NCBI GenBank assembly: GCA_001916065.1
Contig: MNRS01000016.1
Location: 47 to 64,046, forward strand
Source: Clostridium sp. 28_17
GTDB lineage: Bacteria > Bacillota > Clostridia > TANB77 > CAG-508
Reading direction: 5' to 3'
DNA: 64,000 nucleotides
The notes beneath the pieces were generated by a model. That model saw nothing but the letters and a program-made list of their open reading frames with translations, made no database searches and was not told where the DNA came from. Below, one piece after another: positions 1-9,393 of the stretch (positions are counted from its first letter, which is position 1; every line of letters begins with the position of its first letter). A program made the position numbers and the translations under genes.

Positions 1-2470
1 ATATACAGCAACAACAGCAAATACAACAAGAACACATACATTTACAGGATTAACACAAAATAAAACATATAATGCATATGCAGTAGTATATGATGCAACA
101 GGAAGAACAACACAGTCAACAACAATAAATGTAACAACAGGAACAGTACCAACAGCAAGCGGAGCAACATATACACCAAATACATGGACAAGTGGAAAAG
201 TAACAGTAACACTACCAACAAAGAGCGGATACACAACAGTGTATACAACAAATGGAAAAACACCAACAAAAGATAGTACAAAATATTCAGAAGCATTTAC
301 AGTAGGTAATAACTGTACAATTTACTATTTATTTACAGACGGAATTAACATAGGAGGAGCAGGAACAGTAAATATAGGTAATATAGATAAAACAGCACCA
401 ACAATAAATTCTGTAACAGAAAATAGCAACACATCAACAGCAAGCACTGCAACAATTTCAACAAGTGATAACGGAAGGATAGTATCATATGGAATAAGTA
501 CAAGTGCAACAACACAACCAACAAACTGGATAGCAACAAATAAAGTTGATTTAACTAACGTACCGGTAAAAGTAGAAAATGGAGCAACATGGGCGAGAGT
601 ATTTTATCATAACAATGTTGAAGGAAGTGTATTATTTGCAAATGAAGCAGAAGCATTATCAACAAATAGCAGATATAAATTTAGTGTATTAAATAACTTA
701 GAAAATTATAGAAACTCAAGTGGAACATTTGAATTTATGTTACAATATCCAAATGATACAACACAATATAATAGATGGATACAAAAAGATAATCCGGCAA
801 AAGTAACAGTAGCAAACGGTACAGGAAACGAAACTGCTTCAGGATATAAAGCAGTACATGTAGATTGGACTGGAAATTACTGGGGAGGATTAACTAGATC
901 AACTGCAACAAGTGCATGCTTAATAAATGGTTCTGTAGGACATGGAAATTGGTTCTATGCAATAGGTGCATACTCAAGATATGACAAAGGAATACCAAGT
1001 TATTCTGCAACTGCAACTGCAACGGAACTATGGGCAAGAATAGATAATTTATCGACAGAAGGCAAGATATCATTAAATGTAACACTAGGGAATATAACAA
1101 CAAATGGAACATATTATGCATGGGTAAAAGATGCAGCAGGAAATGTAACATCAAAGCAATTTACAATATCTAAAGTTGATAAAACGGCACCAACAATAAG
1201 TAATTTAACATCAAGTAATACAAATTGGACTTCAGGAAATATAACATTAACGGCAACAGCAAGTGATACAGAATCAGGATTATATACAGCAAGTCCATAT
1301 GGATGGAATTCAACAACAACATGGACGAATTCAAATACATTAAATGTAACGAAAAATGGAACATATACAGTAAATGTAAGAAATGCAATAGGAAGTATAA
1401 ATTCAAAATCAATAGTGATAAGTAATATAGATAAGACAGGGCCAACGATAAATACTGCATTAACAGGAAGTGGAACGACAAATAGTATAACATTGAATAC
1501 TGCAATTTCAGATGCGCAATCTGGAGTAAACAAAATAATATGGTATTATAAATTATCAACAGACTCAACATACAAAAATGCAACAGATACATATACAGCA
1601 ACAACAGCAAATACATGCAGAAATATATGATGCAGTTGGAAATAAAACGACATCTACAACAATAAATGTAACAACAGGAACAGTACCAACAGCAAGTGGA
1701 GCAACATATACACCAACAACATGGACAAGTGGAAAAGTAACAGTCACATTACCAACAAAGAGCGGATACACAACAGTGTATACAACAAATGGAACCGCAC
1801 CAACAAAAAGTAGTACAAAATATACAGGAGCATTTGCAGTAAGTAGCAATTGTAAAATAAATTACTTATTTACAGATGGAACAAATATTGGTGGAGTAGG
1901 AACAGTAAATGTAACGAATATAGATACAGCAAATCCAGTAATTAACACAGCAATAACAGGAAGTGGAACAACAAGTACAATAAAATTAAGTATGGCAGTA
2001 TCAGATACACAATCAGGTGTAAACAAAATAGTTTGGTATTATAAATTATCAACAGACTCAACATACAAAAATGCAGCAGATACATATACAGCAACAACAG
2101 CAAACACAACAAGAACACATACATTTACAGGATTAACACAAAATAAAACATATAATGCATATGCGGTAGTATATGATGCAACAGGAAGAACGACTCAGTC
2201 AACAACAATAAATGTAACAACAGGAACAGTACCAACAGCAAGTGGAGCAACATATACACCAAATACATGGACAAGTGGAAAAGTAACAGTAACACTACCA
2301 ACAAAGAGTGGATATTCTACATTGTATACAACAAATGGAACAATACCAACATTGTCAAGTAATCAATATACTTCTGCAATTACTGCAGGTAGTAATAGTA
2401 CAATATATTATGTATTTAGTGATGGAATAAATATAGGTGGAACAGGAGCAGTTAATATAAATAATATAGA
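1..2470 (+). repeat. Tandem coding repeats of about 0.54 kb (about 180-aa modules) within the surface-protein gene
   Basis: Positions 1-262 are nearly identical to 2084-2345. Position 1591 onward aligns to both but carries an internal deletion. Positions 1427-1590 align to 1915-2083. Confidence 0.85.
2..1630 (+). CDS. Repetitive cell-surface protein, 5'-partial segment. It contains FN3-like and CHB_HEX_C-like Ig modules plus an unassigned globular insert, and ends prematurely inside a repeat.
   Basis: The frame is open from the window edge. The translation shows an FN3-like stretch (TYTATTANTTRTHTFTGLTQNKTYNAYAVVYDATG). It also shows CHB_HEX_C-like stretches (ATYTPNTWTSGKVTVTLPTKSGYTTVYTTNGKTPTKDSTKY) and NIDKTAPTI linkers. 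The stop at 1628-1630 falls inside a module. Confidence 0.7.
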   Translation, partial: YTATTANTTRTHTFTGLTQNKTYNAYAVVYDATGRTTQSTTINVTTGTVPTASGATYTPNTWTSGKVTVTLPTKSGYTTVYTTNGKTPTKDSTKYSEAFTVGNNCTIYYLFTDGINIGGAGTVNIGNIDKTAPTINSVTENSNTSTASTATISTSDNGRIVSYGISTSATTQPTNWIATNKVDLTNVPVKVENGATWARVFYHNNVEGSVLFANEAEALSTNSRYKFSVLNNLENYRNSSGTFEFMLQYPNDTTQYNRWIQKDNPAKVTVANGTGNETASGYKAVHVDWTGNYWGGLTRSTATSACLINGSVGHGNWFYAIGAYSRYDKGIPSYSATATATELWARIDNLSTEGKISLNVTLGNITTNGTYYAWVKDAAGNVTSKQFTISKVDKTAPTISNLTSSNTNWTSGNITLTATASDTESGLYTASPYGWNSTTTWTNSNTLNVTKNGTYTVNVRNAIGSINSKSIVISNIDKTGPTINTALTGSGTTNSITLNTAISDAQSGVNKIIWYYKLSTDSTYKNATDTYTATTANTCRNI

Positions 2471-3179
2471 TAAAATTAAACCAGAAATTAATATATCAAA
2501 TAATGAAACTTCAAGTTCAGCAATTTTAGAAATAAAAGCAGCTGATAATGTTGGAGTGAAATCAATTGTGACATCAGGAGGAAAGAATACTATAACAAAT
2601 GCACAAAATATATCAAGTAAGGAATTAGAATATAATTTAGAATTAACAGATGATGGGGAAACTAAGATAACTGTTACAGATATAGCGGGAAATACGGTAG
2701 AAAAAAATTATAAATTAAAATTTTTATTTAAACAAAATGATGAAAGAACTGCTGTAACAGGTGGATGGAAAGAAAATATGTTTTTAAATATATATGGATA
2801 TATATATAATGTTGGATATACTAAAAATAATGGACTACTTACTATTACAGCAGAACCAACAAGTGTAGATCAAGGAAGGTTAGGTACATGGTATACAAAT
2901 AATTCTATAGATTTTACGGGATATGATACAATAAGAAGTGCAACATGGTTTAATAAAAATTCAACTGGATCAGTGGAATTAAGAGTTGGGTATAATTCAG
3001 TTGCACAAGATAATATAAATACAATAAAAAAAGATGATGCAAATGGAGGATATTGGTCAAAATTAACAGCAAATATCTTAGGAAAAGATAAGTCACAAGT
3101 AGCTATTGGAACAAATGGAGGAAAGTCTGATTTTGTTCAGATATATTTAGCATGTATGTATATCTTTGGTTTGAAATAG
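1578..3179 (+). CDS. Continuation of the same repetitive surface protein in another frame, with two more modules and a non-repetitive beta-rich C-terminal domain. Together with 2..1630 it looks like one frameshifted gene.
   Basis: The first ~14 codons (QQIHIQQQQQ) are an off-frame reading of the repeat. From ~1620 the translation resumes module sequence (AEIYDAVGNKTTSTTINVTTGTVPTASGATYTP...). The C-terminal part has no LPXTG motif. A hairpin terminator follows. Confidence 0.65.
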   Translation: MQQIHIQQQQQIHAEIYDAVGNKTTSTTINVTTGTVPTASGATYTPTTWTSGKVTVTLPTKSGYTTVYTTNGTAPTKSSTKYTGAFAVSSNCKINYLFTDGTNIGGVGTVNVTNIDTANPVINTAITGSGTTSTIKLSMAVSDTQSGVNKIVWYYKLSTDSTYKNAADTYTATTANTTRTHTFTGLTQNKTYNAYAVVYDATGRTTQSTTINVTTGTVPTASGATYTPNTWTSGKVTVTLPTKSGYSTLYTTNGTIPTLSSNQYTSAITAGSNSTIYYVFSDGINIGGTGAVNINNIDKIKPEINISNNETSSSAILEIKAADNVGVKSIVTSGGKNTITNAQNISSKELEYNLELTDDGETKITVTDIAGNTVEKNYKLKFLFKQNDERTAVTGGWKENMFLNIYGYIYNVGYTKNNGLLTITAEPTSVDQGRLGTWYTNNSIDFTGYDTIRSATWFNKNSTGSVELRVGYNSVAQDNINTIKKDDANGGYWSKLTANILGKDKSQVAIGTNGGKSDFVQIYLACMYIFGLK

Positions 3180-3227
3180 ATTATAAGGTATAAGCAGATA
3201 TTAATTACTTCAAAATAACATTAAAAT

Positions 3228-3270
3228 AATAATAACCACCCGTTTTACGGGTGATTATTATTTGTCGGTT
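3228..3270 (+). terminator. Rho-independent terminator after the surface-protein gene
   Basis: The arm AATAATAACCACCCG pairs with CGGGTGATTATTATT (one mismatch) across loop TTTTA. A T-rich tail follows. Confidence 0.75.
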
Positions 3271-3288
3271 TTTGTCGAATTTTTCTCC

Positions 3289-3318
3289 TTGACAATCGAC
3301 ATAAAAATGTGGTAATAT
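3289..3318 (+). promoter_or_regulatory. Sigma-A-type promoter with an extended -10
   Basis: TTGACA (3289-3294), an 18-nt spacer, then TGgTAATAT (3310-3318). Confidence 0.55.
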
Positions 3319-3321
3319 ATG

Positions 3322-3351
3322 GTCATGCAATTAATTAGACAATTGCATGAC
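3322..3351. promoter_or_regulatory. Perfect 11-bp inverted repeat just downstream of the promoter, either an operator or a 5' stem-loop
   Basis: GTCATGCAATT (3322-3332) and AATTGCATGAC (3341-3351) are separated by 8 nt. Confidence 0.5.
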
Positions 3352-3514
3352 TAATTTAAAAAAAGATTTAATTCAAGCAACTTAGGGTAGACGAGAATTT
3401 ATTATTTAATCTAAAAATCTTAAAATTCCAAGATTAGATTAACAAAATTAAAAAATAATTGAAAAGAGGTGAAAAAATTTAAGTAAAGTGTTATAATAAG
3501 AAAGGAGGAAATTT

Positions 3515-3772
3515 ATGCCTACAATAAGTATGTTTTATGGTGTAATAATTAGAATGTATTACGATGACCATAATCCACCGCATTTTCATGCTTTTTACGG
3601 TGATTATAAAGCAATATTTAATTTTGATGGAGAAATATTAGAAGGAACAATGCCAAGTAGTAAAAAAAAATTAATTATTGCATGGGCACTTATCCATAAG
3701 GATGAATTAAATGCAAATTGGCAATTAGCAAAAAATAGTGAGATACTATATAGTATAAATCCTCTAAAATAA
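3515..3772 (+). CDS. DUF4160-family small protein
   Basis: MPTISMFYGVIIRMYYDDHNPPHFHAFYGDY matches the characteristic DUF4160 N-terminal motif (PPHFHA). RBS AGGAGG lies upstream. Confidence 0.8.
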   Translation: MPTISMFYGVIIRMYYDDHNPPHFHAFYGDYKAIFNFDGEILEGTMPSSKKKLIIAWALIHKDELNANWQLAKNSEILYSINPLK

Positions 3773-3787
3773 ATAAGGAGATTTGCT

Positions 3788-4030
3788 ATGAAAGAGATTA
3801 TAAAAGTAGAGCCGTTAAAGGATTATAAACTATTATTAACATTTGATAATAATGAAAAAAAAATAAAAGATATGAAACCATATTTGAAAAAAGGCATATT
3901 TAAAAAACTAAAAGATATAAATATTTTTAATAGTGTTGAAATTAAATATGGCACTATTTCATGGGGAGAAGATTTAGATATGTGTGCAGATAGTTTATAC
4001 GATACAAGTGAAGCAACTGTGGATAATTGA
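3788..4030 (+). CDS. DUF2442-family small protein, the usual partner of DUF4160
   Basis: The pattern resembles DUF2442 (VEPLKDYKLLLTFDNNEKKIKDM ... YGTISWGEDLDMCADSLY). It starts 15 nt after the upstream gene and has RBS AAGGAG. Confidence 0.75.
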   Translation: MKEIIKVEPLKDYKLLLTFDNNEKKIKDMKPYLKKGIFKKLKDINIFNSVEIKYGTISWGEDLDMCADSLYDTSEATVDN

Positions 4031-4075
4031 TGTAAAAAAGATGTGTGCGGAAAAATAAATCTGAAAAATTCAACC

Positions 4076-4105
4076 GAATAAAAACACAAAAACCAACAAA
4101 TACTA
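4076..4105 (+). promoter_or_regulatory. Possible forespore (sigma-F/G-like) promoter for gpr
   Basis: GAATA, an 18-nt spacer, then AATACTA, ending ~20 nt before the gpr RBS. This is a motif match only. Confidence 0.3.
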
Positions 4106-4126
4106 CAAAAGTAGGAGTTGGTTTTT

Positions 4127-5116
4127 ATGTTAGAAGATTACATTTCAAAAAAAGAAGACACACAAAACAACGAAACAGGACAATTCAATTTTAGAACAGA
4201 CCTAGCAACAGAAAGAAGGGAAATATATCGAAAAGCAAATAGCATAGAAAATGAAATAAATGGAATAGAAAGTGAAAAAGAAGAAATAAATGAAAATATA
4301 GCAATAGAAAGAGTAAAAATAACAAATGCGGAGGGGCAAAAAGCAATAGGCAAACCAATAGGAAACTATATAACAATAGACATAAAAAAATTAAAAATTG
4401 CCCAAGATGAAGATATAGAAAAATCGGCAGAAATATTATCAAAAGAATTAACAAAAATACTAGACTTGCATGTAGACAAACAAGGAGAAATCCTCGTAGT
4501 TGGACTTGGAAACATTTATGTAACACCAGACAGTTTAGGACCTAAAGTTGTAAATGATATTGAAGTAACAAGACATATAATAAATTATTTACCGCAATAT
4601 GTCGAAGAAGGAACACGAATGGTAAGTGCAATATCACCTGGGGTTCTAGGAACAACTGGAATAGAAACAGTAGAGATTTTAAAGGGAATAGTGGACAATA
4701 TTCATCCTAAATTAGTAATTGTAATAGATGCATTAGCTTCAAGAAGCATAGAAAGAATTAGCAGTACTATTCAACTTTCAGATACTGGAATTGTGCCTGG
4801 TGCAGGAGTTGGAAACAAGAGGGCAGAGATAAGCATGAAAACATTGGGGATACCTGTAATAGCAATAGGAATACCAACATGTGTGGAAACGGCAGTGCTT
4901 GTAAATGATTGTTTAGACTTATTTATAACAAAATTACAACAAGAAGCAAAATCAAATGAATATTTGAATGAATTAAAAGAACAGGATAATTATGAAGAAA
5001 TTAAAGAAGCTTTAATTCCCGGAGATTTTAATTTGATTGTTACTCCAAAAGAAATAGATGATTTAATAGAAAATATGACAGAGGTTGTTGCGAAAGGGAT
5101 TAATATGAGTATGTAA
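4127..5116 (+). CDS. gpr: Germination protease (GPR endopeptidase, peptidase A25)
   Basis: FRTDLATERRE near the N-terminus and the overall length and pattern fit Gpr. ATG 4127 lies 8 nt after AGGAG; the ORF track starts at an upstream alternative codon (4118). Confidence 0.85.
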   Translation: MLEDYISKKEDTQNNETGQFNFRTDLATERREIYRKANSIENEINGIESEKEEINENIAIERVKITNAEGQKAIGKPIGNYITIDIKKLKIAQDEDIEKSAEILSKELTKILDLHVDKQGEILVVGLGNIYVTPDSLGPKVVNDIEVTRHIINYLPQYVEEGTRMVSAISPGVLGTTGIETVEILKGIVDNIHPKLVIVIDALASRSIERISSTIQLSDTGIVPGAGVGNKRAEISMKTLGIPVIAIGIPTCVETAVLVNDCLDLFITKLQQEAKSNEYLNELKEQDNYEEIKEALIPGDFNLIVTPKEIDDLIENMTEVVAKGINMSM

Positions 5117-5180
5117 AAAATTCAAAAAATGTTTCAATTACAGAGATTGTGAATTGTAATTAAAAATTAAAAGACCTAAA

Positions 5181-6053
5181 TTATTTTTTAATAAAGGTCT
5201 TTTTTAAATTTATAGGATTATTTTTATAAATTTTGCATATGCTACAATCAGTACAAATTTCAACTCTATTCTCAAAAATAAGAGAAATAGTGTGGATAAA
5301 TTCATCAATACAATTATCAATAAGATGAATATGAATTTTTTTAGGAACAAGTGTAAGCAATGTATTCAAAGCATAGTCATTAGAAGAAAAAGAAATATCA
5401 GACAAATATTTTGCTTTAAAAATATCATCAGAAACATTAATTTGATTTTTATCCTTATCCAATAAAGTAGAATTGTTTTTATTATAAATTAAATGAACAA
5501 CATCACAATTAGAATTTTGCGAATTCACATACATTTTTAAAAGAGAGATAAACTCCAAATACTCTTTTTCAACAACAAAAGAATTAACTGCTTCATCAAC
5601 AACATCTTCTAAAATTGTCATATAATTTTTAATACGAAAATTTATAAAACCTGTTAAAATAATAGATTTATTAGTAATCAAATAATTTTCAAAACTATCA
5701 ATTAAAAGATTATGTTTTTTATCAAAATACGTATTAAAATCATCAGAAAAGATTTCATAACAAAGTTCTAAAATATGCTTCATTTCAGTAGAATTGAAAT
5801 AAAAATAGTTTTTTAACAAAATCATCTTAAGAAAGGATTCTTCTAATTCATCTATAACAAGACATGAAAGTATACAAGAAACTTCATGAACAAATTTCTT
5901 GTTGTCATTTCCACTATAGTGGATAATTATGTTTTTATAGTTTTTAAATTGATTTTTTGAAATTGCTACTGGTTTTACTTCGATATAGTCAAGTTCGTTT
6001 AGTAGATAATCTAATAGATTTTCGTTATTTGTTTTTATACATATAGATTTCAT
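5181..6053 (-). CDS. Putative sporulation protein, YtxC-like
   Basis: A 290-aa soluble protein. Its pattern (LLDYLLNELDYIE..., IIHYSG, VIDELEESFLKMILLKNYFYF) recalls the YtxC family. I recalled this from memory and did not verify it. Confidence 0.4.
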   Translation of the reverse strand: MKSICIKTNNENLLDYLLNELDYIEVKPVAISKNQFKNYKNIIIHYSGNDNKKFVHEVSCILSCLVIDELEESFLKMILLKNYFYFNSTEMKHILELCYEIFSDDFNTYFDKKHNLLIDSFENYLITNKSIILTGFINFRIKNYMTILEDVVDEAVNSFVVEKEYLEFISLLKMYVNSQNSNCDVVHLIYNKNNSTLLDKDKNQINVSDDIFKAKYLSDISFSSNDYALNTLLTLVPKKIHIHLIDNCIDEFIHTISLIFENRVEICTDCSICKIYKNNPINLKKTFIKK

Positions 6054-6183
6054 GAATTTCTCCCTTCTTTTATATTATCTGCTAAACTTTAGAAAGTTAT
6101 ACATTATAGTATGCAAAATAAATAAAATAGTGAGAAGGGTTCAAAAGTAATTACAATTTTGGTATATCTCAATCGAAAAAAAA

Positions 6184-6211
6184 GGGATTAAAGAGGTGGC
6201 CCTTAATCCCG
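6184..6211 (-). repeat. Divergent copy of the CGGGATT-N15-AATCCCG palindromic element, acting as the terminator of the GH57 gene
   Basis: On the minus strand it reads CGGGATTAAGGGCCACCTCTTTAATCCC followed by TTTTTTTT, directly after the stop at 6217. Confidence 0.7.
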
Positions 6212-6216
6212 AAATT

Positions 6217-7803
6217 TTATTTATAAATTTTATAATCTATATCTGGAAATACGCAATCCTTTTTAGAAATATCTTTTAAGAAATCTACGTCAATTTCATC
6301 ATTTTTAATTTGATAATACAATTTAGTAAAACGACCAATGTGGTCCTTGATACGTTTTTTAGCATAATCAACCATAGTACCATTTGTAATAATAAATAAC
6401 CAGTCACTACTTTGAGCAAGCAATAATTCTCGTGCACATTGATTCAAAGCCTTTTTCTGCCATCCTTTGCTATCTGGATATAAATTTGCTAACTCACACA
6501 TTCTATCACCAGCAACATGTAAATGTTTATGAACGTAGTCGTTTGAAGGGTTTAGCCATACTTCACTATAACCATTTGCACCCCAACTAGAACGACAAGG
6601 GGAAGAAACTTGGATTTCTGGATATTTATCAATATATTCAGATGGTGTAATTAGTTTGAAATTACAGTCATCATAATAAATTTTCTTAAATAAAATATAT
6701 AACCAATATGGACCTTCATACCACCAATGACCATAAAGTTCTGCATCATATGGACATAAAATGATAGGTGGCTTGTCCATACAAGGAGCCAAGTTAGCAA
6801 TTTGTTTTGTTCTGCAGTCTAAGAAATGACCTGCTTGTTTTTCTGCAGAGTCTTTTGCCCATTGTACATCATAATAATCTTTTTGCTCAGTTTTTCCAGT
6901 TATTCTATAATATTTTATACCTGTATGAACTCTAACACCGTTATGTGCGATATATGGCTTAATGTAGTCATAGTCTGCTTCGTAGCCGATATCACGATAA
7001 AACTCTCTATAATTAAAATCACCAGGGTAACCATTTATAGAACTCCAAACTTGTCTTGATGATTCTATATCACGTCCAAATGCAACAACACCTTCAGGTG
7101 AGACAATTGGTGCAAAAGTGCCATAAACAGGAGTTGGATCTGCATATAAAATACCATGGGATTCTGTAATTACATATTCAATACCAAATTCTTTTAAATA
7201 TTTATCTGCTTCTGGAACATAGCCACATTCAGGAAGCCAAATTCCACGTGGTTGTCTACCAAAATATCTCTTATAAGTTTGAACTCCAACGGCAATTTGT
7301 GCTTTAACAGTTTTTTCGTTTACATACAAGATAGGGAAGTAACCATGTGTTGCTCCACACGTGATAATTTCTAAAACTCCAATATCTTGAAAATGTTTGA
7401 ATTGACTAATTAAATCACAGTTAAAAACGTCTTTAAATAGATGTAAATCATTAGAATATCTATCTAAATAATAATGTGATAGTCTGTTTAAACGTTCATT
7501 TCCAGCGGTTCTAATAACTTCCTTTTTAGAAAGTTCAATTAATTTTTTTAAATAATTAATGTATTTTTTTTGCAATAATTTATTATCTAACATTGAAAGA
7601 AGGGGAGGCGTCATAGACATTGTAATTCTAAAATCTACCCCTTCATCAACTAATTTTTTGAAATTTGTAAGTAGTGGTATATATGTTTCTGAAATTGCTT
7701 CATATAACCATGATTCCTCTAAGTAATCATCACTTTCTGGGTGATGAATAAATGGAAGATGTGCATGTAATACAAAACTTACATAACCTTTTTTCTCTTG
7801 CAT
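6217..7803 (-). CDS. Glycoside hydrolase family 57 alpha-glucan branching enzyme-like protein (GH57 plus a DUF1957-type C-terminus)
   Basis: The N-terminal motif GYVSFVLHAHLPFIHHPE and the 528-aa length are typical of GH57 branching enzymes. Confidence 0.85.
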   Translation of the reverse strand: MQEKKGYVSFVLHAHLPFIHHPESDDYLEESWLYEAISETYIPLLTNFKKLVDEGVDFRITMSMTPPLLSMLDNKLLQKKYINYLKKLIELSKKEVIRTAGNERLNRLSHYYLDRYSNDLHLFKDVFNCDLISQFKHFQDIGVLEIITCGATHGYFPILYVNEKTVKAQIAVGVQTYKRYFGRQPRGIWLPECGYVPEADKYLKEFGIEYVITESHGILYADPTPVYGTFAPIVSPEGVVAFGRDIESSRQVWSSINGYPGDFNYREFYRDIGYEADYDYIKPYIAHNGVRVHTGIKYYRITGKTEQKDYYDVQWAKDSAEKQAGHFLDCRTKQIANLAPCMDKPPIILCPYDAELYGHWWYEGPYWLYILFKKIYYDDCNFKLITPSEYIDKYPEIQVSSPCRSSWGANGYSEVWLNPSNDYVHKHLHVAGDRMCELANLYPDSKGWQKKALNQCARELLLAQSSDWLFIITNGTMVDYAKKRIKDHIGRFTKLYYQIKNDEIDVDFLKDISKKDCVFPDIDYKIYK

Positions 7804-7875
7804 TGTAATTCTCCCTTCGATTATTTGCTAATAATTAAAATTGTGAGACAAATTAGGAATGTCCTACTTGCCTCA

Positions 7876-8709
7876 TTATTTAAATTGTGAAGATGTGTGT
7901 GAAGATGGATTTGTTAAATCTTCAATGTTTTCCTCGTTTTTGTATAATTCTTGATATAGGTCATATATCTCATAAATTTTACCCATATTTTTGATAAATG
8001 ATAGTGATGTAAATGGTTTTGCTGTTTCAACATTTGTTTTTACATTTCTGTAATAAACCATTTTTTGTGAATTATTAAATAAAATATGGTCATTAGGAGA
8101 TTCAATTTCGTTTGAAGAACTTACATATATGTAATCTGTTTTTATGTTTTCATTAACTTGAAAAGGACGTCTACCAAGTTCGATTCTATAATCTGATTTG
8201 CTATCATTAACATGTAAATACCAACTATTTGCAAAATCATTTATTTCAACTTCAAAACTGTAATTTAGTGTGTCGTTATGAATTATTAAGACTGGTCTTG
8301 TAGTTTCAAAAAAGTTTTCTCCATAATCTTTTTTGAATTTTTCGATATCATCATCAGAAATTTCCCAGTATACAAATAGTGTTTTTGGTGTTTGTGCCAA
8401 AACCTTTACAACTGTTTTGTTGTATTTTTGTGGTAGATCATAGTATTCTGTTGGAAATACTTTTTTTTCAGTCCTTTTCTTTGTAGAAGATTTTTTTGTT
8501 GTAACTTTTTTTGTGGTTGCTTTTTTAGCCGTTGTCTTTTTTGTGGCTGTGGTCTTTTTAGTTGTTGATGTCTTTTTGATTGAAGCCTTTGCAGTTGTGC
8601 TTTTTTTAGTTGAAGCATTTGTGTTCGTGGCTTTTTTTGAAGTTTTTTTAGTAGTTGTGGATTTTTTATTTTCTATTTTTTCTATTTCATCTTTAGATTT
8701 TCTTGGCAT
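7876..8709 (-). CDS. DUF4912-domain protein with a Lys/Thr-rich low-complexity N-terminus
   Basis: YDLPQKYNKTVVKVLAQTPKTLFVYWEISDDD matches the DUF4912 signature. This family is commonly adjacent to GH57 genes. Confidence 0.75.
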   Translation of the reverse strand: MPRKSKDEIEKIENKKSTTTKKTSKKATNTNASTKKSTTAKASIKKTSTTKKTTATKKTTAKKATTKKVTTKKSSTKKRTEKKVFPTEYYDLPQKYNKTVVKVLAQTPKTLFVYWEISDDDIEKFKKDYGENFFETTRPVLIIHNDTLNYSFEVEINDFANSWYLHVNDSKSDYRIELGRRPFQVNENIKTDYIYVSSSNEIESPNDHILFNNSQKMVYYRNVKTNVETAKPFTSLSFIKNMGKIYEIYDLYQELYKNEENIEDLTNPSSHTSSQFK

Positions 8710-8884
8710 TTTTTCCTCCTATGTAATCTCTATTTTTCTTCTATATATACTATACTAAAATTCAAATAAATTCAAGTAAAATATCAAAAAAATAAAATAA
8801 AATTTATATAAATAAATTTCTTCAAATTTGCTAATTTTTATATAAAAAGGACCCCTATAGTGGGAGTCCCAATGAACCTTTAAT

Positions 8885-9118
8885 TTAACTAGCTCGCGAA
8901 ATATTTTTATCGATAAGAGACTGCATAGTCTTATAATTTCGATATTTTTCTGGAAGTACATCTTTATTTAAAAAGATTGCAGGTTTTTCCCGGTACTTAC
9001 TTGGTTTGTATTTGAGCTCCGGAAACTCTGCTGCTATTATATCAGCCAGTATGTATTTTTCGGTTTTGTAGTTACATACTAAAATGATTTTTTCGTTTGT
9101 TTCAATTACATCAATCAT
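8885..9118 (-). CDS. Hypothetical small protein (77 aa)
   Basis: An ORF with normal amino-acid composition, followed on the minus strand by a hairpin and T-tract. I recognised no family. Confidence 0.5.
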   Translation of the reverse strand: MIDVIETNEKIILVCNYKTEKYILADIIAAEFPELKYKPSKYREKPAIFLNKDVLPEKYRNYKTMQSLIDKNISRAS

Positions 9119-9255
9119 AATTGACCTCCTAAAGTTGTGGTTCGTTTATAAGTTTCAATAAATATAATACTACAATTTTCGACAAAATACAATATATAAA
9201 ATTGTAATTTATAAAAAAATAATTGTAACAACCTTAAAAAATATTTAAAAAACAC

Positions 9256-9284
9256 TTGCATTTGTAGAAAAAAGTTGGTATAAT
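9256..9284 (+). promoter_or_regulatory. Sigma-A promoter of rpsB-tsf
   Basis: TTGCAT, a 17-nt spacer, then TGgTATAAT. Confidence 0.6.
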
Positions 9285-9393
9285 ATTATGCGTAATAAAC
9301 ACATAAAGCAAGTTTAAAGGGAAGTGCCAAGCAATTGGTCCTATTTAAATGATGAACTTTATGGAAGTAAAAACAAAAAGGGAGGAATTTAAA

